Shown here one piece after another: positions 42,742 to 51,432 of a stretch of 64,000 nt of DNA. Source of the stretch: a virus (lineage: Duplodnaviria > Caudoviricetes); IMG/VR virus record IMGVR_UViG_3300031992_000077, positions 1 to 64,000 of that record; one strand, 5' to 3'. Under the pieces are notes generated by a model. It saw only the letters and a program-made list of their open reading frames with translations. It was not told the origin of the DNA and searched no databases. The translations under genes were made by a program, and so were the position numbers. Each line of letters opens with the position of its first letter. The stretch's first letter is position 1.

Positions 42742-43575
42742 ATGAAAGAATTTAAAATTGGAGTCGTCCCCGCTAAATTTGATTTTCGAGATTATAAAAT
42801 AAAATATAAAGGTATAGCAACCGCAGCAAACTTTCCAAAATAGTTTGAACTATCTATGCCAAAAGTAAAGTATTAGGACCAAGTAGGCAGTTGCGTAGCT
42901 TTCTCCTTATCCTTACTTTTTGAATATTTTAATAAACGAGAAACAAAAACAGATGTCACCATGAGTACATCTTATATTTATGGAAACCGTAGAAATAGTA
43001 CTTGGAAAAAGCCTGGTATGCGAGTTAGGGATGCTTTAAAAAACGGGTGTGAATATGGAGACGTTAGTAAAGACCTAATGCCTAAAAATATTGAAGTCCC
43101 GGAAGCTATTACTTATTTTGAAAAAGAAGGTCTAAAATTAAAAGAAATAGGCCAAATAAATCGTATTAAGAAATTTTTCAAAATTACCTCTGCCAACGCG
43201 ATGAAAGAGTGTTTAATGAATTACGGCCCTATTCTTGTTATAATAAAATGGTATAGTAATAACGTAGTAGATGGACAAGCTATATTAAAATCTGGCAATA
43301 ATAAAAAATACTATGATGGATAGCATTGTATGGTATGCTACGGTTGGAATGAAAAAGGTTGGAAAATTTAGAACTCTTGGGGTATCGGCTGGGGAAAAAT
43401 GGGTAAAGCTATTTTACCTTTTGACACTAATTTTGTAGAAGTTTGGGGAGTAATTGATTAGGAAAATTTAAATAATAGTAATTTAGAAATTATTACTCCA
43501 TGTAAAAACAATACTTCTGCATTAATAGCGAAAGGAATGAATAATATTGTAAATTTAATACTAGGAAGAAGATAA
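42742..43575 (+). CDS. Papain-like (C1A) cysteine peptidase, 277 aa, 5 TAG
   Basis: Y(TAG)DQVGSCVAFS catalytic Cys region, G(TAG)HCMVCYGW His region, I(TAG)NSWGIGWG Asn region. Confidence 0.85.
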
Positions 43576-44264
43576 TGATTAAAGTAGAAAATATAGAAAT
43601 TTTTAATTTCATTGGAGCTATGAGAGGATTACGAAATCCAATGAATAGTTGGGCAAAAAATGATACAATAGAAATTATGGGACATTTAGAGCAACCTTTG
43701 TATAGCTCTAATACTAATGAGCCTATAATTGGCCCCAATGATTTACAACTCGCGCAACGTATGTTAGGTGGCGGCGCCGAAGAGTCTAAGTTTATGCGGC
43801 AGATAATGATATGTATGGATATAGACGCTCCGTTATTCTGGTGGAAGGAAATGGATACTTATAAAGTTGGTACAGTTGCTAATTCTTGTAGTACGATGCA
43901 TAAGCTTACGAGTAACGAAATTGGCGCGCAGAACTTTTCTTTTGATATGGAAATTACAGATTTTCCTGAAGAATATCAAGAATTAATAAGCATGATAAGA
44001 GTAAATTCAATTCATTACTGTGAACAACTTCGTGAAGCATATAATAAAACAAAAGATAAACGCATATGGCGCGCGCTCATAGAAATCTTGCCTGAAGGAT
44101 GGAATCAGCGCCGTACTTGGACCGCCAATTACCAAGTATTAAGAAATATCTATTTCTAGCGCAGAAATCATAAATTAGATGAATGGAGAGAGTTCTGTAA
44201 GATAATTGAAGAATTGCCTTACGGAAAAGAACTAATTTGTTACGAAAAAGAGAAAAAGGAGTAA
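43575..44264 (+). CDS. ThyX-like (flavin-dependent thymidylate synthase-like) protein, 229 aa, 1 TAG
   Basis: MRGLRNPMNSW, KFMRQI, APLFWWKEMDTYK, LPEGW, NYQVLRNIYF(TAG)RRNHKL.EW; the canonical RHRx7S motif is not conserved. Confidence 0.6.
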
Positions 44265-44270
44265 ATTATT

Positions 44271-44639
44271 ATGACAATTAATTACAAAGATAAATTTTAT
44301 ATTTATCATCCAGACGGGAAATTTACAGAAGAACAACTAAAAAAGATACTCGATGCAGCGTATGAAATGGGAAAAAAAGAAGGATATAATGATGGATATG
44401 AGCAAGGAAAAAAGAATCATTTTACTATAACTTACCCATCTTATCCATGGAGTACCCCATGCTATACTAATCCTAGTATTACATGTACAGACCCTACTAA
44501 AATTCCTTCTTCTATCACAACTGCCACTTCAATCATTAAAACTAATAAAGATTATTCAATAACTACGAAAAATGATGTCCCATTTACGTTAACTAATAAT
44601 ACTTGTAGGGAGTTTAAATATAATGGAACAGAAGAATAA
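44271..44639 (+). CDS. Hypothetical protein
   Basis: 122-aa ORF, AAGGAG RBS, AYEMGKKEGYNDGYEQG segment. Confidence 0.65.
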   Translation: MTINYKDKFYIYHPDGKFTEEQLKKILDAAYEMGKKEGYNDGYEQGKKNHFTITYPSYPWSTPCYTNPSITCTDPTKIPSSITTATSIIKTNKDYSITTKNDVPFTLTNNTCREFKYNGTEE

Positions 44640-45555
44640 TACTATTGAAGAAACCAAAGAAGTAAATCCAATAATCGATAGTTTCGAAGCAATTTCTAAA
44701 ATTATGGTAGGGGAAGAAGGAACAGAAGATATAACTACTATGTTCGGCGCACTTCTTTCTATGCCAGATGAAGAATTTAAAGAAGTGTCGTCTATTCTTC
44801 TCGATGAAATCATTCGTTCTTTAAATACTCCCGCAGATAGAATTGCTCTTGTTGCGGCAATGACTTCTAATGGCTATACTGGTGATGATTTAACCGATAC
44901 ATTTCAAGAGCTTTGTAAAGAAATTGATACACAACTCACAGAACTTTCACAAATTAAACGTGATTGGCTAAAACAGTTAATGGGTGCGGTTACTAATGCA
45001 ATTAATGAAACAGAAGGAATTTCTAAGAAATATGTAAGAGTTGCGTATGAAAAATGCCATGAAGACGCGAAAACCCCTGCATATGCACACGAAACTGACT
45101 CTGGAATGGATGTGTACGCTCTTGAAGAGATTACTCTCGCGCCCGGTGAACAGAAAACTATTCCTATTGGTATAAAAGTCGCATTGCCCGCTGGATACGA
45201 GCTATAGGTGCGTCCAAAAAGTGGCCTTAGTGCGGGAACTAAGTTGCGCGTAGCTAACGCTCCAGGAACAGTTGATGCTGGTTATAGAGATGAAATTAAA
45301 GTTATAATAGAAAACGTAGAACCCCCTATTAAAGATATAACTTACGAACCAGTAATGAATACAGAAAATGGACAAATAGACCATTTGCAGATAACTTCTA
45401 TTCTTTATGGAAGTTCTTATACTATCGGTAAAGGTCAAAAGTTCGCACAGTTAGTATTATCCGAAGTTCCTAAAGCAGTATTATACGAAGTAGAGAAAGT
45501 AGGTGAAATTGGCGAAGACCGCGGAGGCGGATTCGGCAGCACCGGGAAGTTCTAA
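44623..45555 (+). CDS. dut: Trimeric dUTPase with approx. 140-aa acidic N-terminal extension, 1 TAG
   Basis: GMDVYA, GYEL(TAG)VRPKSGL, GTVDAGYRDE, KFAQLV, RGGGFGSTG. Confidence 0.92.
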
Positions 45556-45556
45556 T

Positions 45557-46282
45557 ATGGCTTCCATAAATCTTACTACTATCTAGGAGTAGCTTCCAGA
45601 AGGTTGGAAGGTAATATCTACACAATATAAAAACCTAGATACTGAAATGGAATTTGAGTGTGCAGCCGGCCATAAAGTTTTTTCTACTTGGAAGAAGATG
45701 CGAACACGTGCCGAATGCCCTATATGTAAAGAGAAAGCGCCGCTCGTAGATACTACTATAATTCCTAAAAAGAAAGGAATTTATCGTACCATTGGAATAG
45801 ACCAGGCAACTCATATAAGCGGTTATTCAGTATATGATGGGAAAGAGCTCATTAAATTTGGAACTTTTACAGTAAATGAAACCAATGAAATAGAGCGCGA
45901 TAATATAATAAAAATGTGGTTATGCTCTATTATAAATAACTGGCAACCAGATGTAATCGGTCTCGAAGGAATTCAACTTCAGCAAAACGCCGCTCGTGGT
46001 ATTGGGGTCACTACCTTTGAAACTTTAGCGCGATTACAAGGTATACTTATGGAAGCTTGTTATGAACAAAAAACATAGTTTGTGATATGCCCAACGAATA
46101 CATGGCGCGCGCATTGTAAAGTTAAAGGTTAGACCCGTGAAGCTAAAAAGAATTCAATGAGATAGTTAGCGCGAGAATGGCATAATATTAATGTAAGCGA
46201 AGATGAAGCAGATGCCATCGGAATTGGAAAGTACGTTGCAGAAACATATGCTCTTACACATCAAGTCCAAAATTGGGAATAA
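45557..46282 (+). CDS. Zinc-ribbon-fused RuvC-like nuclease/resolvase, 241 aa, 5 TAG
   Basis: CAAGH...CPIC, then IGIDQAT..SGY, VIGLEG, LARLQG, EDEADAIGIG. Confidence 0.75.
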
Positions 46283-46315
46283 AAAAGAAGAGGCGTTTAA
46301 CCTCTTCTTTTTTTT
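46281..46315. terminator. Bidirectional intrinsic terminator
   Basis: AAAAAAGAAGAGG/CCTCTTCTTTTTT stem between convergent genes. Confidence 0.9.
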
Positions 46316-46318
46316 CGA

Positions 46319-46594
46319 TTAAAAACTTTTAATCTTTTCTTTCATTTCCATACACCAACCATCTATATGCTCTTTAACCAATTCTTTCAACATACTTTTA
46401 TCATCTTTTATACTATCCATAAACATTTTTTTAGATTCTACATAAGTCTTCTCTAATCTTTCATTAGCTGAAGCCATTAGAAATTTCGCGGCCTCTGGGT
46501 CACTATCCCTCAGTTCATAAGCCCATTCAATCCACATACCGCTATCTTTTAAATCATCCATCATCTTGTTGTATAAAGCTTTTAATTTTAACAT
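46319..46594 (-). CDS. Small helical protein (possible ferritin-like/four-helix fold)
   Basis: 91-aa all-helical ORF, DDLKDS..W...A...ERL pattern. Confidence 0.6.
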   Translation of the reverse strand: MLKLKALYNKMMDDLKDSGMWIEWAYELRDSDPEAAKFLMASANERLEKTYVESKKMFMDSIKDDKSMLKELVKEHIDGWCMEMKEKIKSF

Positions 46595-46596
46595 AA

Positions 46597-47016
46597 TTAG
46601 TCAATATAAAATACTACAACATTAGGTGTAGTAAAGGTAGCATCCGCACCAGTGGTTCTAAAAGTTAAAATTCCAGTATTATCAATTGCACAACAAGATG
46701 GACGAACTCTCACAATAGTAGAAAAAGATAAATTAACATCATCAGTATTTGCAGTAGATAATTCGCTAGCAACCGCGCCAGGAATCTCTATATCTTCATT
46801 AAATAGCTAAACTGTTATTGGTGCAGTTTCTGTTGCAGCGCTCGCGGCCGCAATACTATTAAAAGAAACAAAGTAGTAGCCGGGTCTATTCAATACTATA
46901 GAGGGCGAACCAGCCATATGCTATGAACTACAGCTGGTTGCCACTCTATTAGTATCAAAAGTTATGTTAGACCCGGAAGTTAACGTCTAAGACGCCAAAC
47001 TAACAATATCTAACAT
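46597..47016 (-). CDS. BclA-C/C1q-like beta-sandwich protein, 139 aa, 5 TAG
   Basis: ITFDTN...IVLNRPGYYFVSFN...IPGAVAS...LSFSTIVRV; GGAGG RBS. Confidence 0.6.
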
Positions 47017-47048
47017 ATTTTAGTTCCTCCTCTAATTAGTGAAATTGA

Positions 47049-47753
47049 TTATGCACCAAAGCCACCGCAATTACATCCCATACCATACCCACCACAATAT
47101 GGGTTGATAGAGGCATAAGGAGAAGTAGTAAGATAAGCAGGGCGAGAGACGGGACGTAAAACATCAATAAGCCCAGCGGTCTATTGCTGCTGACTAATTT
47201 CGAAATTAGCCGCTTGAAGCGCGCGGTCGCGTTCCTCTAACCTATCACGTAAATCCTGGATAGTATTCTGAGTAATAAGTGCGCGAGTAGCTTCACCTTC
47301 GCTATGAATAGCAGTAGTAATCTCGCAAGTATTCTTATAAGCCTCAGCCTTCACACTATCAATATTGCGCTCAATGCCGCAATTAGCAAGCTGCTGCGCA
47401 AAGCGATTTTCAGCAATTTGCTGACCTACGCCGCAGAAACCATCAAGCATGTCGTAGCGAACATTGCCCCAAGCAGAAGTGGCTTCACGTTCAAACTGGC
47501 TAATTTCTTGCTGAAGTTCGCCAAAATTCCGGAAAGTATCCTGCGCATTGTTTGCCTCATAGAGAGCGGAACGGGTTAAAGAACCCTCAACAGAAGGGCT
47601 GTTGCCGCCATAGGCGTTACCACCCCAACCAAACATGCCGCCACCGCCGAGCAGAGCCAACCAGACTAAGTAAATAAAGGGGTTATTTGTCCAAGTGTCA
47701 TTATCTTTCGTAAGAGCCATTACATCGGCCGCAGAAAGTCCATTAGTATCCAT
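47049..47753 (-). CDS. Gly-rich membrane + coiled-coil protein, 234 aa, 1 TAG
   Basis: FIYLVWLALLGGGGMFGWGG hydrophobic segment, Q/N-rich helical middle, RPAYLTTSPY and GCNCGG tail. Confidence 0.8.
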
Positions 47754-47816
47754 ATTAATTTTTGTCCTCCCAGTTTTTTATATATAAAACTTCGGCGCCA
47801 GAAGTTTTATTTTACA

Positions 47817-48017
47817 TTATAATGAATGAATTATTTCCATTCCTTTCTATATATCTTCTTCAGAAATTCCTTGGAGTCGCGCCCTCTACGCTAACTAACT
47901 AAGTAAATTATCATTTAAATTATGCGCGAGCGCCTTAAATTTTTGTGGGTCTAATTTAGGTTGCTACTACTACATAATAGGAGAGCGCATCATTGGTTTA
48001 TTATTGTAATAATTCAT
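47817..48017 (-). CDS. Small Gln-rich protein (66 aa, 5 TAG)
   Basis: GGAGG RBS; ...LAQRARLQGISEEDIQKG. Confidence 0.6.
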
Positions 48018-48363
48018 TTATTTTCCCTCCAAGTTCTTCAATTTTCTTTTCCATCGCTCCAATTTTAGATAACAAAAAGTCCTCAGAAGACTTTTCATCA
48101 ACTGAGGACTGAATATTGTTATCTTTCTTTTCATATGGAGCGATGCTATAAACCATAAAATTCGGTGTGCCGTTCTACATAGATTTAACATACATTAAAC
48201 CTTCATTTAGACATAAAGCTACCGAAAGTCCACTATTCATTGGAACATTAGCGACTTCCAATGAACTACCAATCAAATACACATTCCCGTGGGGTTGAAG
48301 GAAAAAAGCATTTGGTTGGTACGACGCGGGAATTCCCGTGTTATAGCCATAATTGCTTGCCAT
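48001..48363 (-). CDS. Hypothetical protein, first gene of the five-gene cassette (120 aa, 1 TAG)
   Basis: GGAGG RBS; YLIGSSLEVANVP...LMYVKSM(TAG)NG; C-terminal coiled coil. Confidence 0.7.
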
Positions 48364-48452
48364 ATTTAATTGTCCTCCCATTTGTCTTACACTTATAAGT
48401 AGGATTAGTAAGTCGTTAGTACAAAAATTTCGGACAATTTTTAAATTTTAAT

Positions 48453-48725
48453 TTAATTTACAGTTTCCTATTCCTATGGATGGTCAAATACCGCGTGGCA
48501 TTCTTCCCAAACATTGCCATATTTATCAAGAACCTAGACAGTTTGTACGTCACAGGCTGAAATAGCAGCAAGACTACATTGAGTATGAAAACGAGCTTTT
48601 AATGCCATTCTATCCGCTGTTTCGTCTTTACCATCACGAACAGTCATCGAAATTATTGGAGTCACAACTGCAATATTATTGTTTTTATTCCAATACTAAA
48701 TTTCATTAATTACATAACTTTCCAT
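48453..48725 (-). CDS. Hypothetical protein (90 aa, 4 TAG)
   Basis: AAGGAGG RBS; open to TAA 48453. Confidence 0.6.
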
Positions 48726-48735
48726 AAAATCCTCC

Positions 48736-49593
48736 TTAAGTATAAGTATCCAATCCAGTGCCAGCGCTATTTACTACCATCGCGCGATAAGCATCCAAAC
48801 CAGTACCAGCACTATTTACTACATAAACTCTATAAGTATCTAACCCACTAGAACTATTTACAATTCTTACTGTTGCTAAAAGTTTCCATACGGCATATAA
48901 AGTAGTAGTACCGCTCTAAGTAACTGTAATAGACCCTCCGGAAGAATAAGAAGCTGTCGTCGCACTGGAAGAAGTACTCCATCCTAAAAACTCATAACCC
49001 GAACGAGTTGGTTTAGTAGACGAAATAGTAAAAGTATAGGAAGGAGATACCGCTACATTACTCCCTGTTTGGTCACCCGGTGCTCCAGTACCATTATTTG
49101 CATTATATTTCAAAGTATAACTATAATCATTTGCATTGGTATTAATAGTTAAAACCGCAGAGGTAATAATCATTCTATTACCAGAATAAGTATTATAATC
49201 AGATTGCCATAAAAAATATCCGTATGGACAAATTCCCTTAGAAGTTAGATTAACCGTAAAAGTTGTATCATTTCGAACTACTTCTGGACTATCTATAGAT
49301 AAATCAGTATAAGTATAACTACTAGTACCGCTGGCGTTCTTTTTGCCAATACGAACTTTTTTCTTGGTTGCATCTAGAGCATTAAAATTAACTTTTAACG
49401 AAATAGAAGAAGCCGTACCAACAACTGAAACACTACCAGATAACCCCACTCCGTACATAACATACTGTGAGCCACTAATATCAAAACCAATTTGTTTAGC
49501 GCTGTTCGCCGTGTCGAAAGCGGGAGTAGCAGAAAGAGTACCAGTTTTTTTCGCACCATAGGGGGTTAAATTAAAAGTATAAGTTTTTGCCAT
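48736..49593 (-). CDS. Structural protein with Listeria-Bacteroides (InlB B-type) repeat, 285 aa
   Basis: YTLKYNANNGTGAP...PTRSGYEFLGWST...TLYAVW; three C-terminal VNS.G.GLD.Y repeats. Confidence 0.75.
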
Positions 49594-49605
49594 TTAATTA
49601 TCTCC

Positions 49606-50838
49606 TTATACCTTTACTAAAACTATATCTCCAGCTTTTGCGCCAGATGGAACTGAAGCTGATGTAGTAAGAAAAATAGAGCGTGATGTTGTATCGCTAC
49701 TAGTTACTAAAGCTCTCCAAGCTCCCCATCCATTAGAAGTTCTTCCAACACGTATATATAAATTCTAAGTACGCTAATCAGAATTATGACTCGGTCCAGC
49801 TAATTCCCAAGCATTATAATCTCCTGTCCAACCAGCTACATGTAATCCTGACCACCAATTAGAATTAGGCATTCCTTTATTGGAAAAGAAAAAATTAGCA
49901 GAATAAGCTAAAGAAGTAACACCAATTGTGTCATAACGAGTATCACTTACTGTAATGCCAGCGCCCCATAAAGCATGACTAGAAGCAGAAGTTGCGTGAG
50001 CGTTCCCTACTTTCAGATTACCATAAGGAACTGTCAAACCGCCACTCCCTGCAGCAGATACAGTTCCTGTACTATCTTGTAAATATAATACAGAAGGTGT
50101 AGTATCATTTGATTTAGCTAAAATTTCATTATTATCTATTTCAATATGCGCAGCAGTTGCTGCACCGCCAATAATTAAAGCAGGAGAATTATTAGCTGTA
50201 CCAGAAGCATCTGTAGTCTTTGATAAAACTAAAGTACCTGTTACTGTACCGCCGCCCAACGGTAAATAATATCCTAAATCTGCTGGATTTTTTGTAGTAA
50301 TAATATTATAAGTTGGACTGCTTGTTCTACCGGCGTCACAAGCAGGCAATCGATATTGTTCATAATAATTTGTTCTTCCTGAAGAGGAGCCAGACCATTC
50401 TCTCCAATAAAAACGACCACTTGTATTCTCATAACTAATCCAATTTTGTCCATACATCCCATTAGCTGTAGCGGCATTAGAAAATTTAAAATTAAATGCC
50501 GCACCATTGCCAGTTGTATTAATAGTTTCTGGATTAGTAAATGTTTTAATGCCAGCAAAGGTCTAAGCGCCAGTAGTTACGACACCACTTGCAGTTGCAC
50601 TCGCTATAGGAATTGCGACTGCAGTACCAGATACTCCATTAACAGTAGTTTTAATAGTAGGCCCGGAGGTAGTACCAGCAGCCCAAGTATTTGAAACACT
50701 ATTTATTATATTTGTTATACTATTATTATTATTTATATATAAAATTTTATTAGTATAATCCCACCCCAATTCATACGGCAACAGCTAACTGGTGCTTGGA
50801 GTCCCGCTTCCATGTCTTATTTTTATCCTATTAGCCAT
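49606..50838 (-). CDS. Tail fibre / receptor-binding protein, 410 aa (code 15)
   Basis: IKIRHGSGTP...YELG N-terminus, (TAG)TFAGIKTF motif, LYIRV...WGAWR C-terminal motif. Confidence 0.75.
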
Positions 50839-50850
50839 AAGCTAACCTCC

Positions 50851-50952
50851 AAAATAAAAAAAGTGCGTGGGATATTGGTGAGGAGAGTGTCGGTTAACTA
50901 CTTATTTATATCCCACGCGATTTATTAAGCCAAAGCCTCCCTGCTTAATAAA
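50851..50952 (-). terminator. Two tandem hairpins, the second followed by a U-tract
   Basis: TTTATTAAGC/GCTTAATAAA stem, then GCGTGGGATAT/ATATCCCACGC stem with a 32-nt loop, then T7 on the minus strand. Confidence 0.65.
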
Positions 50953-50953
50953 T

Positions 50954-51337
50954 TTAATTTTCTTTAATATAGGGCATTAAAAATTGAATATATTTCATTT
51001 CTAAATTTAATGGTTCTAACTCATCTAATGTAAACTCTGGAATATAAGTTAATTGAATTTCTATATTATTTAATTCATCAATCTTTTCCATACATTCATT
51101 AAACTTATCTTCTTTAATTTTTACACCCTATTTATCGTCTGTTAAAATAAATTCTCCATTTTCATCTCGTTGACCATATTCTTCTACTACTTTTTGAAGA
51201 GTTTCATTAAAAAACTTTGCTTCTTTTTCAAGCTATTCAAAAAAGCGAGTAAATTTATAACTAGTCTTTATCGGAAGTTTTTGTTCTATAATTTGGTTAC
51301 GAATTTCAAGTATTTGAAAAGTTTCAGAAAGTTTCAT
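50954..51337 (-). CDS. Small tail-region protein (DUF1617-like), 127 aa, 1 TAG
   Basis: LPIKTSYKF...EEYGQRDENGEFI...; AGGAG RBS; own promoter. Confidence 0.6.
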
Positions 51338-51380
51338 TTATCTTTAAATTCTCCTATAATATATTTTCTATCCTATAAAT

Positions 51381-51409
51381 ATTATATCATAAAATAATTA
51401 TAAAAGCAA
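51381..51409 (-). promoter_or_regulatory. sigmaA-type promoter inside the tail module
   Basis: Minus strand TTGCTT-17 nt-TATAAT preceded by TGA. Confidence 0.7.
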
Positions 51410-51432
51410 ATTTTCTTATTTCTTTTTAAATT

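Noticed and set aside
48725-48760. TACTTATACTTAAGG as another late promoter
   Set aside because: It lies within the last codons of the upstream gene and next to an RBS, and the match to the two strong copies is weak.
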